From an uncultured delta proteobacterium (GTDB lineage: Bacteria > Desulfobacterota > Zymogenia > Zymogenales > Zymogenaceae), in the NCBI GenBank assembly GCA_963792965.1, contig CAWBYW010000030.1:81452-145451 (forward strand): a stretch of 64,000 nt of DNA, in the 5' to 3' direction. The translations under genes were made by a program, and so were the position numbers. The notes under the pieces are model-generated. The model searched no databases, was not told where the DNA came from, and saw only the letters and a program-made list of their open reading frames with translations. Shown here in pieces: positions 11,021 through 25,228 of this stretch. Each line of letters starts with the position of its first letter. Within the stretch, counting starts at the first letter, position 1.

Positions 11021-12388
11021 TCATGTCCTGTTCAGAATTTCTCCTTTCATCTCCCCGACGGTGATCCCCTTCTTCCTGAGCGCATTTCTCATCGCGAGAT
11101 AGTAAACGATCCCCCCGATCACCAGCACGAAGAAGAACCAGAACATGATCGGGTCCGTCTTCCACAGCTCGCCGAAGAGCGCGACGATCGCGACGATAAA
11201 AAAGAGGATCCCGATGACGATGCAACCGACCAAAACCGGAGTCGGCACTTTGAATTTCGAGGCCGCGTACGCCTTCGGCATTTTTTTCTTGAGCATTACC
11301 GAGGAGATCAGCACAGGAATAAAGATCACCAGCCCCCCTATTGTCGAAAAGATCGCAAACGACTTCACCGGGACCCCGCTCAACACCGCGATGACGGAGA
11401 GCACCCAGATGACCGTCAGCATATTGATCGGCGTCCCGAACCGTTTGTTGACCCGCGTGAGGGCCTCGGGCAACAGCCCGTCCCTCCCCACGATCATGAG
11501 GGACTTTGTCCCCCACATGAAGGTGGCGTTAAGGGTCGTCGCGATGGCCAGCACCGCCCCGCCGACGACGAAGAAATTGAGCATGATCGGCGAAAGAAAG
11601 GCCTCGGCGGACACGGTCAGCGGCTTGTCCGCGCATGCCTCCCAACCCGTTACCCCCACGGCAACGAAGCTCATGGCGATGTAGATGACGGCTACCATCG
11701 GGATGGAGATGAGAAAGGAGATCGGGATCGTCCTCTCGGGCCGCTTGATCTCCCCGCCGAGCTCGATGATGGCGTTTGCCCCCATATAGGGGAACGTTAG
11801 GAGCGCCGCCGCCGAGATGACCGAGACCGTCCCCTTAGGCATCATGACCTGGAAGTTCCCGAAATCGATATGGAAGAACCCAAGCACGATGTAGACCACG
11901 AGCGCCACGACCATTACCAGCACCATCACTCCCTGAAACTGTGCCGCGAAGCGGATTCCGAAGAGGTTTACAGCGTAAAAGAGTGTCAGGACAAGCGCCG
12001 AGGCGATCGGCACGTTTATGCCCGGAAGAAAATGCTTGAGGTATTCTACCATTGTCATGGCGTAGAGCGGAAAAAAGCCAAGGAAAGCCCCGACGGCGTA
12101 GATCCACAGGCCCATGAAGGCCGCCATCGGTGAAAAGAGGCGGGAGGGATAGGTGTAGTTGCCGCCCACCGTCGGGACGGCCGCTCCGAGGACCGCCAGT
12201 GGAAGCATGAAAAAGGCCACCGGGATCACGGCAAGCGTATAGGCGATGGGGAGGCCTGCGCCGCACATGCCGATCGCTATCCCCGTCATCGCAAAGACGC
12301 CCGCCCCAATCGTCTGTCCTACCTCGATGGCCACCACCTCTCCGAGCCCGAGCACCCTTTTGAGGCCGAGAACTCCCTCGTCTTTCAT
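11021..12388 (-). CDS. APC family amino acid permease
   Basis: LKRVLGL...GQTIGAGVF, GGEIKRPERTIP; about 12 TM helices. GGAGG precedes MKDEG at 12388. Confidence 0.92.
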   Translation of the reverse strand: MKDEGVLGLKRVLGLGEVVAIEVGQTIGAGVFAMTGIAIGMCGAGLPIAYTLAVIPVAFFMLPLAVLGAAVPTVGGNYTYPSRLFSPMAAFMGLWIYAVGAFLGFFPLYAMTMVEYLKHFLPGINVPIASALVLTLFYAVNLFGIRFAAQFQGVMVLVMVVALVVYIVLGFFHIDFGNFQVMMPKGTVSVISAAALLTFPYMGANAIIELGGEIKRPERTIPISFLISIPMVAVIYIAMSFVAVGVTGWEACADKPLTVSAEAFLSPIMLNFFVVGGAVLAIATTLNATFMWGTKSLMIVGRDGLLPEALTRVNKRFGTPINMLTVIWVLSVIAVLSGVPVKSFAIFSTIGGLVIFIPVLISSVMLKKKMPKAYAASKFKVPTPVLVGCIVIGILFFIVAIVALFGELWKTDPIMFWFFFVLVIGGIVYYLAMRNALRKKGITVGEMKGEILNRT

Positions 12389-12511
12389 AGCAACCTCCCT
12401 CGTGGGTAATGGTACTATTTTCGCCCATTTGACGTTCAAAGGTCAAGGATAAACCACGGGCGGGCGGGATTTCACGTAACGCCGCCGGATAGTGTGGCCT
12501 TCTTTAAAAGC

Positions 12512-12540
12512 TTGACTTATCCGCTCTATTCATATAGCAT
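12512..12540 (+). promoter_or_regulatory. sigma70-like promoter
   Basis: TTGACT-17 nt-TAGCAT upstream of the ftsB-like gene. Confidence 0.55.
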
Positions 12541-12567
12541 TAATTCAGTATCAATATTTCAGTCATT

Positions 12568-12846
12568 ATGAATACCAGACGCATCGTTATCATCACCGCC
12601 CTTATCGTGACGCTTGCCGTGTTAATTGTTGCCGCGTTCGGCAAGCGGGGTATCTTCGCGCTCGCGAGCCTGAGCGACCGGAAGGAAAAGCTCACTACGG
12701 AAATCCAGCGGCTGAAATCGCAAAATGAAGGGCTCAGGCAACAGCTCAACAGACTGGAGCGACCCGACTACCAGGAGCAAACCATCAGGGCTCAAATGGG
12801 AATGGCGCGCGAGGGTGAGGTCATTTATATCTTCACCACAGAGTAG
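12568..12846 (+). CDS. ftsB: FtsB/DivIC septum formation initiator
   Basis: TM helix, FGKRG, coiled coil, EQTIRAQMGMAREGEVIY. Confidence 0.8.
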   Translation: MNTRRIVIITALIVTLAVLIVAAFGKRGIFALASLSDRKEKLTTEIQRLKSQNEGLRQQLNRLERPDYQEQTIRAQMGMAREGEVIYIFTTE

Positions 12847-12849
12847 ACG

Positions 12850-14704
12850 ATGTTTTGTAACCTGTGCGGGGCCAACATCCCTGACGGCTCCCCCCAGTGC
12901 TCCAAATGCAAGAATTTCTTCCCCAGGAACCTCGGCAGCTATTCCTATAAAGCCGTTCTTACCTCGTTTGCCGACTACAACGCAAAGAAAGAGACCGCAA
13001 AATACCTCGCCGCCCACACCCCGAGCGCGAGCCTATCGGAGATCATCAAGAAGCTCGATTCCGTCCCGCTGATCGTCGCCAAGGAAGTGGACGCCGCAAA
13101 GGCGCGAGAGCTTGAACAGACGTTCGCCCGCCTCAGGGCGCGCCTCAGGTTCGTCCCGGTCTTCAGGAGCGAAGAAGAAAAGCAGCGTCTCATCGCGGAC
13201 CTCAGAAAGCCGCTCAAGCATTCGTATGTCGAAAATAGGGAGCTCCCGATACCGAAATCGGTCGAGCGCCTGGAGACGGAGCCGAAGAAATCCGTCGTCA
13301 GCGCGAGGTTTATCCTTATCGCGGTATCGATTCTCCTGTTGGCCGTGATCTTCGGTGTGCTGCCCCAGTACTATAAGAGGTTCTACGAAGAGCAAAAGCG
13401 AGAGCGGCTCGCACCTTTGAACCCGACGCCCGAATCAGTCGTCCCATCCCCGAAGAAAACCGGCGACGTCGAAGCGCCGCCCGAGGCCGCAAAGCGAAAG
13501 ATCCCCGTCATCGTGCCGGAGATCATCCCGAAGCCTCAGGACCCGACGGCCCAGGAGGGAATCTCCCTCTATCAGAGGGGCCTCTACGCCGAGGCGTTGA
13601 AAAAGTTCCTTTCGGCCTTGACGAAGGACCCCCAGGACGAAACCCTCAAAAAGAATGTTGCCGCCTCCTATCTCGCCCTCGGGCTGGAACAGATCAATAA
13701 AGAGAACTTCGAGGACGCCCAGAGCTATATCACTGCGTCTCTCAAATACTCGGAGGAATACGAGGCCTATGAGGGCCTCGGATACATCGCCGAAAAGAAA
13801 AGCGACTACGCGTCGGCGGAGAAGTACTACAAGAAGGTCCTTCAGCTCAACCCCGGCGCGGATGAGGCCATGCTTTCTCTCGGGGTCGTTTACTATTACC
13901 AGGAGAGGCTCGACGAATCGCTGACCCTCCTTTCGAAATTTTCTGCAAAGTATCCGACGAATGAAACCGCGAAATACTATATCGGCAAGATCCAGCGCGA
14001 AAATCCGGTCGAGAGCGATCTGGTCACCCGCGAGACGGGACATTTTATCGTCAAATATGCCGGATCCTCCAAGAACCTCGTCGCCGACTTCATCCTGCCC
14101 ATGCTCGAGGACGCTTACGCCACCGTCGGCGCAAAACTCGGGTACTACCCGGACCACAAGATCACCGTGATCCTCTACACGGATCGAAGAATTTACGGCC
14201 GCAACCGACCTGCCCGGCTGGGCGGGGGCGGTCTTCGACGGAAAGATCAGGATACCGATCAAGGGGATCTCCCAGTCGACCGACGATCTCAGGAAAATGA
14301 TCCTCCATGAATACACCCACGCGGTGGTCTTCGACATCGCCGGCGAGAACTGCCCCACCTGGCTCAACGAAGGGCTGGCCCAGATGATGGAGGGAGCGCC
14401 GACGGACCAGGCCGACCATCTCGTCATCGATTACATGAACCTCAAGGGGAAGAACCTTCCGCTCGAGTCCCTGGACGGCAGCTTTACCGACATGCCGGCC
14501 GACAGCGCCTATACCGCATATATGATGAGCCTTTCGGCCACGAACTTCCTGATCACCAAATATGGGATGAGCTCGGTTACGGGGATCCTTGCTGATATCA
14601 AGAACGGCAAGACCATCGATCAGGCAATTAATGATACGCTGCTCCTCTCGTTTGGTGACTTCGTCGACCGATGGGTGGTCTACCTCCAGAATAGGCAGGG
14701 CTGA
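12850..14704 (+). CDS. membrane protein: Zn-ribbon, L7/L12-CTD-like domain, TM, TPRs, peptidase MA-like domain (frameshift ~14185)
   Basis: CNLC...CSKC; TM ARFILIAVSILLLAVIFG; TPR helices. The second frame gives LPGWAGAVFDGKIRIP, HEYTH and PTWLNEGLAQ. Confidence 0.75.
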
Positions 14705-14792
14705 TGGGACATCGACGCCCGCTATGGGGTATGCGAGGTATTCGTGAGCGTCCGCGACGGGATTATTTTAGGATTTCTTGAGAGGGATCAGT

Positions 14793-16326
14793 ATGACCAG
14801 GGCGATCATTATCGGGTCCGGCATGTCCGGCCTCACCACGGCGGCTTACCTTGCAAAAGAGGGGTGCGCCGTCCAGATCTATGAGCAGTCAGCGACCGTC
14901 GGCGGCGTCACGCAGACAATTAAGCGGGACGGCTTTTCGTGGGACATGGGGCCGCTCGTCGTCGAGGGCCTCGCGACAAAACCAGCCGGGCGGGCTCGTC
15001 CTTTCCCAGATCGGGGTCTTTGACCGCGTCCCGACCGTCTTGGGCGATCGGGGTGTCTCATTTCCCGACTTTCGCGTCTTTCACCCCGCGGTCTACGGAG
15101 GACCCTACTGGCGCCGGGAGCGCCTCACGGAGCTCTTCCCAAAGGAGGCCGGCGCCATCGATCGCTTCTATGAGCTCATCGATAGGGTGACGGATCTGGT
15201 CGCCCTCGAGCGGCGGTCAGTCGTCTCGGACGGGCCGGCGTCCCTCGCCCTCAAGATGGGGATGCTCGCGAAATTTCTTCCCATCAAGAAATACGAGACG
15301 TGGACGGCCGAGCGTCTCATGGATCACTATTTTTCCGATCCGAAGCTCAAGGCGTTCTTTACCGGGATCCTGGCCGACCTCGTGGTCAAGCCCTCGGAGT
15401 TCATCGGGCTGGGCATCCCCTACTTCAACATGGACTGCTTCATGGAGGCGCGCATCCCTTCCACGAAGGTCTTCGGCGTCGCCCCGCGGATCGGCAGTTT
15501 CTTCATTAAGGGCGGTATAAAGCATCTCTCCGGCACGATCGCGGATCGGATCGTCGAGCTGGGGGGGCGCATCTTTACCAAGAGCCCCGTGAAAAGGATC
15601 ATCACGGAAAAGGAGAGGGTCACGGGTGTCGAGCTTGTGGGCGGAAAGCGTATTGATGCCGACCTCGTGCTCGTATCCGGCGGCGCCCGGGAGTGTTTCT
15701 TCGGGCTGATCGGACGCGATCGTCTGCCGGCAGAGTTCGCCGCGACAATCGACGACATCCCGCTCATGGAATCGGTCTTCATGGTCCAGCTCGGGCTGAC
15801 CATGGACCCGACCCGGTATCAGGATCGGTCGCTCGTCTATTATTATAATACGTACGATATCGAAGGAGACGTGCGCGAGCTCAGGGCGCGCCATTATCAC
15901 GAGGGCAAAGAAGGCTTTTTGATCTTCATCAACTCGATGCACTCGCCCGAGATGGCCCCGAAGGGGTGCCACTCGGTGACGATCTACACCGTTGCCCCAA
16001 GCGAGCTGGAGGGTGGCTGGGAGGGCCGAAGGAAGGAGATGACCGATAAGCTCCTGATCGAGGCCGAAAAGATTATCCCCGGCCTGAGGAAGCATACTAA
16101 GACAATGGTGACCCTCACCCCCGACGATTTCAAGAAGATCGCCTACACGCCCGATCACCACTCCTTCGGCGGGATCTGCCCGGTGATGGGCAGGCCCGGC
16201 GCGCCGCATAAGACGCCCTACCGCGGGCTCTGGTTCATCGGGGCGCAGAGCGAGGCGGGGGGCGGCGTCACGACCCAGCTGATCTCGTCAAAGAAGGTGT
16301 TCAAGATGCTGAAGAAGGAGATATAG
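14793..16326 (+). CDS. phytoene desaturase-like FAD/NAD(P) oxidoreductase (frameshift ~14975)
   Basis: IIIGSGMSGL...VGG...DGFSWDMGP, then PEMAPKG and TPYRGLWFIG in the second frame. Confidence 0.82.
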
Positions 16327-16430
16327 AGGCTCCCAGGAAAATCGGTGGCTCGATTCTTTTAGACCGGTTCTTACGTGAGGCGCCGCATCTCGGCACGAGT
16401 GACGATACCATTACACATGAGGAGAAAGCG

Positions 16431-17103
16431 ATGAATGTGACCAAGAATATCACCACCGTCACCTGTCCCCACTGCAACCACACGACGACCACGGACGTGA
16501 GCCTCGATGGGCTCGCGGCGGGGCAAAAACTCGTCTGTGAAAAATGCGGCAAAGAGATCGTCATCGATCGGTCCGCACTCGCAAGCGCGGAGAAGATGCT
16601 CGAGAATCTCCCCATCCAGGACATCCTGAACAAGGCTACCGTAAGTGAGACCTCGCTGTCGCTCTCGTGCCCGCACTGCAATACCATGTCATCCTACAAA
16701 CTGAGCCTGGAAGCAGCTTGCCGATGGCCGGAAGGTCTTCTGTTCAAATTGCGGCAAGGAAATAGCGGTAGACCGGGAGAAGCTGCAAAAGGCCGAGGAT
16801 ATTCTCAAAGGGCTGAAAATCCCCACGGGGGACGGCAAGACCGAGACACTCGACGCGGATGGGAACAGAGTCGTCATCCAGACGACAACAAAAACATACA
16901 ACCTGAGCTCAAAAGATATAACCGATCCCGGCGACGTCGCCGAGGTCGTCTCGGGAGAAATCCCTCCGGGGACAGGCGCCCCGACGACTCCCCGCGCCAT
17001 CGGGCCGAAAGGGGGATGCTTCGGGGTGTTGGCGATGCTTTCTTTTCTAACGGCTACTGTTTTAATCCTTAGTCTATTTATTATTAATCACATCTATGCC
17101 TAG
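16431..17103 (+). CDS. tandem Zn-ribbon protein with C-terminal TM anchor (frameshift ~16712)
   Basis: CPHC..CEKCGKEI repeated as CPHC..CSNCGKEI after reframing. Ends GGCFGVLAMLSFLTATVLILSLFIINHIYA with TAG at 17101-17103. Confidence 0.65.
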
Positions 17104-17772
17104 GGCTTCAACGAAACGCGTAAAATTCGGAGTGAGCATACCCTCATCCCCCGCATAACCGAATATAGCGCCGGTGAAGGTCTTATACAAGCCCGTCCTG
17201 TTTAAACGCGTTAGATAGCCTAATATCTCTTCGACCGGCATTCCCAGAGTATTTCCAAGATCTCCCAAGAGTTCCTTCCAGAAGTGGTCTACCCATTGGT
17301 AATCGGTTTCGCTATCAGCGCGAGGAGTTCTCGACTCATAGCTACTAATTGTTTGTAGTATTGTGAACTCCCGGAAACTTAGGTCATCTAGGATTTCTAG
17401 AAATTCTTCGTATTCATCGGTTTGATCGAACTTCTCTTCCCCGCAGTAGGTAGAAAACAGATTGGCAAAGAGTCTTATTTTCTCTTCCCTCCTTATGTTT
17501 AGGACGTATCTAACCGTAGAGAAATAGGCGTGGAGAAAATCGTTATTCTTAATGGTATCTTCAGTAAGTCTTATCTTCCGTTTGTCTAGGGCATCAAAGA
17601 AAGTGCGCAGGCGTTCCTTTTGAATCTCTCTTATCTTTTCAACTACAATGACATCTAGCGCTGAACCGACTCCGTACGGGATTAGCTGAATAAGACCACG
17701 AATAACTGGATAGTCTGCGTAGTATTTCTCCACATAAGAAACCAGACTCTTAATGTTTTCGTCTTCTTCCAT
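17074..17772 (-). CDS. AT-rich hypothetical protein, weakly DUF4393/Abi-alpha-like
   Basis: 232-aa ORF in visibly AT-richer DNA; REEKIRLFANL and FLEILDDLS..E..IL pattern. Confidence 0.7.
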   Translation of the reverse strand: MEEDENIKSLVSYVEKYYADYPVIRGLIQLIPYGVGSALDVIVVEKIREIQKERLRTFFDALDKRKIRLTEDTIKNNDFLHAYFSTVRYVLNIRREEKIRLFANLFSTYCGEEKFDQTDEYEEFLEILDDLSFREFTILQTISSYESRTPRADSETDYQWVDHFWKELLGDLGNTLGMPVEEILGYLTRLNRTGLYKTFTGAIFGYAGDEGMLTPNFTRFVEALGIDVINNK

Positions 17773-17861
17773 TTAGAGCTCTATTTTGGTGTGAGAAATC
17801 GTTGCACATATTCCTCTAACAGTCTTCGCGCATCACGACCTTCACTCTGATAGACTGTGCC

Positions 17862-20608
<2,747 letters not shown>

Positions 20609-20700
20609 TCAGTTCTTTTCTAAAGGATACGGGACGGGCCCGAGCGGCGAGGGATACTCCGATGGTCCGGTGCAGATTGGCGTCCTTCCAGCGGCACTAA

Positions 20701-21156
20701 TCAGAGCTCCTTGATCATCTCGGAGGCCGTGTCCCATCCGAACCCCCGCGCCATGAGGCGCGAGACGATCTTCTTCTTGGCCTCTTCCGTGATCTGGCCG
20801 CCCCTCTTCTCCTTTTCTATAAACCTGCGCGCCCCTTGGCGCTCCATCTCGGTCGCCTCCGGTCCCGCAAGGAGCTCATTGACGATCTCCCGGTCGACCC
20901 CCTTTCCCATAAGGCCCGCCCTGACCTTCCGTGTCCCCCACGACTTTCTCAAGAAGCCGTATTCAAGATAGTCGTGCGCGAATTTCTCGTCATTGAGGAG
21001 GTCGATTTCTTTGAGCCGCTCGATGACCCGGTCGACGGCTCGCGCGTCCATCCCCTTGATCAGGAGTTTTCGTCTGAGCTCGGAGGCGGCGTGGGGCCGC
21101 ATCGAGAGGCTCCTCATCGCGGAATTGAGGACCCGTTCGTCCTCGGAGGACTCCAT
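20701..21156 (-). CDS. recX: regulatory protein RecX
   Basis: LSMRPHAASELRRKL, LLNDEKFA, LMARGF; lies downstream of recA. Confidence 0.88.
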   Translation of the reverse strand: MESSEDERVLNSAMRSLSMRPHAASELRRKLLIKGMDARAVDRVIERLKEIDLLNDEKFAHDYLEYGFLRKSWGTRKVRAGLMGKGVDREIVNELLAGPEATEMERQGARRFIEKEKRGGQITEEAKKKIVSRLMARGFGWDTASEMIKEL

Positions 21157-22326
21157 CTAAAACCTCTCGATCTTGACGTCGTCCCCGCCCGCACCTTCCT
21201 CTTTTTCCTCCACGGGCTCCTTGTCGAACGCATCCCAGGTGGAATCGCTGGTAGACGAGATCCCCTTCACCCTGAGGGCGAAGTCGTCCGGGTTGCTGCT
21301 CTGGCGCAGCGCCTCGTCGTAGGTGATGAGCCCTTTCCTGTACAGGAACATCAGCGACTGGTCGAAGGTCTGCATCCCGTGGACGGTGAACCCCTTGGCT
21401 ATGGCGTCATGGATCTCCTTGGTCTTTTCCTTATCGAAGATACACTCGCGGATAAGGGCCGTCGATATCAGCACCTCCACCGCGGGAACCCTCCCCTTGC
21501 CGTCGGCCCGGGGGACGAGTCGCTGGGAGACGATGCCCTTCAGGATCCCGCCAAGCTGATATCGGATCTGCTGCTGCTGATAGGGCGGAAAGACCGAGAT
21601 GATACGGGTGACGGTCTCCGTGGCGTCGACCGTATGGAGGGTGCTCATGACCAGGTGGCCCGTCTCGGCCGCCGTGAGGGCGGTCTCGATCGTCTCGAAG
21701 TCCCGCATCTCGCCCACGAGGATGACGTCCGGATCCTGCCGCAAGGCGCTCTTGAGCGCGACGGCAAAGCTCTCGGTATCGAAGCCGATCTCTCGCTGGT
21801 TGATGATGCTCTTCTTGTCCCGGTGGAGGAACTCGATGGGGTCCTCGATCGTGATGATGTGGCAGGTCCGGTTGGAGTTGATATAGTCGATCATCGCCGC
21901 CAGCGTCGTCGACTTGCCGGAGCCGGTGGTCCCGGTCACCAGGATAAGACCCCGCGGGTCCGAGGCGATCTTTTCGAGGATCCCGGGGAGAAAGAGCTCC
22001 GTGATGTTCTTTATCTTGACCGGGATCGAACGGAGGACAACCCCCATTGTCCCCCGCTGCTGGAAGACGTTGACACGGAACCTTCCGAGCCCGGGGACGC
22101 CGTACGCAAGGTCGACTTCGTTGATCTCCCGAAACCGCTCGAGCTGTTTCTTGTTCATGATGGTCTCGGCAATTTTGGAGATCTCGTCGGGCGTAAGACG
22201 CGGCGCGTTCTTGAGCGGGTACAGCGACCCGTCGATACGAAAGACCGGGGGGAGTCCCACCTTGAGATGGACGTCGGAGGCCCCCTGCTTTACCGCGATC
22301 TTTAAAACTTCATTGATTTCCATCAC
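21157..22326 (-). CDS. pilT: PilT/PilU-family type IV pilus retraction ATPase
   Basis: ASDVHL, GTTGSGKSTT, TIEDPIE, LRQDPDVILVGEMRD, TGHLVMSTLHT, GMQTFDQ. The AIRNLIRE motif is diverged, so it may be a paralog. Confidence 0.92.
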   Translation of the reverse strand: MMEINEVLKIAVKQGASDVHLKVGLPPVFRIDGSLYPLKNAPRLTPDEISKIAETIMNKKQLERFREINEVDLAYGVPGLGRFRVNVFQQRGTMGVVLRSIPVKIKNITELFLPGILEKIASDPRGLILVTGTTGSGKSTTLAAMIDYINSNRTCHIITIEDPIEFLHRDKKSIINQREIGFDTESFAVALKSALRQDPDVILVGEMRDFETIETALTAAETGHLVMSTLHTVDATETVTRIISVFPPYQQQQIRYQLGGILKGIVSQRLVPRADGKGRVPAVEVLISTALIRECIFDKEKTKEIHDAIAKGFTVHGMQTFDQSLMFLYRKGLITYDEALRQSSNPDDFALRVKGISSTSDSTWDAFDKEPVEEKEEGAGGDDVKIERF

Positions 22327-22333
22327 ACACCTC

Positions 22334-23356
22334 TTATGACGGAGCCTGCTCGCTCTTTTTCATAAACCCATGTTTTTCCAGTATCTTGTTCCGTATCTCG
22401 TCGCGCAGATTCGGGTTCTCGACGAGGAACTTCTTGGCGTTTTCCCTTCCCTGGCCGATCCGCTCCTCGCCGTAGGAATACCAGGTGCCGCTTTTCTCCA
22501 AGATGCCGTCGTCTGAAGCGATGTCGACAAGCTCCCCCTCTTTCGAAATGCCCAGCCCATAGATGAGATCAAACTCCACCTCCTTGAAAGGAGGGGCGAT
22601 CTTATTCTTTACGACCTTCACCTTGGTGCGGCTTCCCACCACGTCCTGTCCCTCTTTGAGCGCGGCGGTCCTCCTGATATCGAGCCTGACGCTCGAGTAG
22701 AACTTCAGGGCGTTGCCGCCGGTGGTCGTCTCGGGGTTGCCGAAGATCACCCCGATTTTCATCCGGATCTGGTTGATGAAGATGACGGAGGTCTTGGACT
22801 TGGAGATCGACCCGGTGAGCTTACGCATGGCCTGCGACATGAGGCGCGCCTGCAGGCCCATGTGGGAATCCCCCATCTCTCCCTCGATCTCGGCCCGGGG
22901 CACGAGGGCCGCCACCGAATCGATGACCAGGATGTCCACGGCGCCGCTCCGGACCAGGATATCGGTGATCTCAAGGGCCTGCTCGCCGGTGTCGGGCTGG
23001 GAAATGAGGAGCTCGTTTGTCTTGAGACCGAGGTTGGCCGCATAGTTGATGTCCAGCGCATGCTCGGCGTCTATGAACGCCGCCACACCGCCTAATTTCT
23101 GGGCCTCGGCAATGATATGGAGCGCCAGCGTCGTCTTGCCCGACGCCTCGGGCCCGAATATCTCGATGATTCTCCCCCGCGGGATGCCCCCGATCCCGAG
23201 GGCCATATCAAGGCTGATGGATCCGGTGGGAATGACCGAGATCTCGGGGATGGTTGCATCATCGCCGAGCTTCATGATCGATCCCTTGCCGAACTGCTTT
23301 TCGATCTGAGACAGGGCAAGGCTCAATGATTTCTCGCGATTCTCTTCTACTGTCAT
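22334..23356 (-). CDS. recA: recombinase RecA
   Basis: [37 protein letters not shown]. Confidence 0.99.
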   Translation of the reverse strand: MTVEENREKSLSLALSQIEKQFGKGSIMKLGDDATIPEISVIPTGSISLDMALGIGGIPRGRIIEIFGPEASGKTTLALHIIAEAQKLGGVAAFIDAEHALDINYAANLGLKTNELLISQPDTGEQALEITDILVRSGAVDILVIDSVAALVPRAEIEGEMGDSHMGLQARLMSQAMRKLTGSISKSKTSVIFINQIRMKIGVIFGNPETTTGGNALKFYSSVRLDIRRTAALKEGQDVVGSRTKVKVVKNKIAPPFKEVEFDLIYGLGISKEGELVDIASDDGILEKSGTWYSYGEERIGQGRENAKKFLVENPNLRDEIRNKILEKHGFMKKSEQAPS

Positions 23357-23372
23357 TATATATCCTCGTGTT

Positions 23373-23937
23373 TCACGTTAACGGATAAGAGGAGAGTGTC
23401 GTGTACACGGCCCCGGACGGCTTCAGATCGCTCTTGATCAGCTCGATGTGGTCAACGTTCATCTCCCCGAGCACTACGTTCTTATTTTGCTCGATCTTCT
23501 TGAGCGTCTCGGTCGAGAGCCGCTCCTTCACGCGCCCAAGGGTCAGGTGGGGCCGAAAAGCCCTCCCCTCCTTAGGGAAACCGAGGGAAACGCAGGCTTC
23601 CTCCAGCGCGTCGCGCAGCCCCACGAGCTTTTCTATATCTCCCGAAAGGCCGACCCAGATAACCCGGGGACGTCTTGCGTCCGGGAACATCCCGACGGAG
23701 CCGACGGAAAGCCGGATCTCGCCCACGCCGTGGGCGCACCGCGCTGCCGCATCGTTGATCGAGCCGACCATCGCCTCATCGACGGCCCCCAAGAAACTTC
23801 AGCGTCAGGTGAATCCCGCCGCTGTTCACCCATTTTACCCCATCGCCCCTGAAGGCAAGCAAGCCCGAGAGCTCGTCGAGTTTTTGCCGCAGCGCGTCGG
23901 GCGGCTCGGCCGCGATAAAGAGCCTGAGATCCGCCAC
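23373..23937 (-). CDS. thpR: RNA 2',3'-cyclic phosphodiesterase (two homopolymer frameshifts)
   Basis: Reframed from GTG 23937: LRLFIA...KWV...IHLTLKFLG; second 2H motif FRPHLTLGR. Confidence 0.88.
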
Positions 23938-23940
23938 CCC

Positions 23941-25228
23941 TTATCCTCCCTGTGCCGCATCCTCGGCGGGCGATCCAACCAGGAGATAGCGCCGTATCCA
24001 CTCAAGCGCCATCTCGGAGGAGATGAGCCGGATTCGGCCTCGGTCGCCGTGAAAGCGGTAGCTCCGGGAGCGGATGCGGATCGTCCCGTCTTCGTCATAG
24101 GCCATCCCGATGACGACCGTGCCTACCGGCTTTTCCCGCGTCCCCCCGGACGGACCGGCGATCCCGGTGATCGAGACGCCGATGTCTGACAGAGCCCTCT
24201 CTTTAATACCGCGGGCCATGGCCTCGGCGACCTCGGTGCTCACGGCGCCACGCTCCGCGATGAGGTCGGGAGACACGCCCAGGACGTCCGTCTTGGACTC
24301 GTTGCTGTAGGTCACCACCCCCCTGAGAAAATAGGCGGAGCTTCCCGGAATGGTCGGTGAGGCGCTGCGCAAGGAGCCCCCCGGTACACGATTCGGCAGT
24401 GGAAACGGTGACCTTCCCGCCAATGAGCATCCCCCCGACAACTCCCTCGAGGGTCTGGTCATCGGCCCCGAAGATCGTATTGCCGAGCGCGCCGCGCACC
24501 GTCGCCTCCACCTCCGAGGCGATACGCTGCGCGTCGTCCTTGGATACGTGCGACTGTGCGGTGACGGTCAGGTGGTTTTCGGGAAAGACCGGCAAAAAAC
24601 CGATCGTCACTCCCTTGGGACTATACGGCACGCCCTTCAGACGCTCGTACACCTGCGATTCCGAGAGACCGAAGATATGGAGCACCCTCCGCGTGAAGAA
24701 GACCCCCGGCCCGCTTTCCGCCTGGAGGATCGGGACGATTCCCTGGTCGGTCATCACCCGCATCTCTTCCGGGACACCGGGGACGACAAAGATCCGCGCG
24801 GCCGCCAGTTTGACCCAATACCCCGGGGCGGTCCCGACCGGGTTGGTGATGACGCGAGCCCCATGGGGGATGAGCGCCTGCCGGTCGGCGTCGGCGGAGA
24901 GCTGAATTCCCCGCTTCTTATAGCGGTTGCGGATCTGCTCCTGGGCCTCGGGGGAAAGCACGAGCTGCCTTTCCAGCGCCTTGGCGATGCCCCGTGAGGT
25001 GATATCGTCCGGCGTGGGGCCCAGCCCCCCCGTCACCACGATCGCTTCGGCCCGCTCCAGGCCGCGCTTCACCGCGTCCACGATGGCCCCTTCATCGTCT
25101 CCCACGGTCGTCATGAAAACGATCCGTACCCCGACGGTCATCAGCCGTCCCGCGATGTAGGCCGAATTGGTATCGGTAACCAGCCCCGAGAGGAGCTCGT
25201 TGCCGACGGTGATGATCTCGCCCTTCAC
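23941..25228 (-). CDS. cinA: CinA competence/damage-inducible protein with PncC domain (frameshift ~24350)
   Basis: GNELLSG...DTNS, GGLGPTPDDIT, AESCTGG, GVVTYSN, GAVS, SITGIAGP. Confidence 0.93.

Noticed and set aside
14793-16326. Carotenoid biosynthesis gene
   Set aside because: There are no crtB or crtE neighbours, and the family includes many non-carotenoid reductases.
17010-17103. GGC-TM tail as a MYXO-CTERM or GlyGly-CTERM sorting signal
   Set aside because: The protein has no N-terminal signal peptide and no basic C-terminal cluster.
20701-23356. pilT between recA and recX as a novelty by itself
   Set aside because: I recall recA-pilT-recX-alaS from Geobacter-like genomes, so it is probably conserved deltaproteobacterial synteny.
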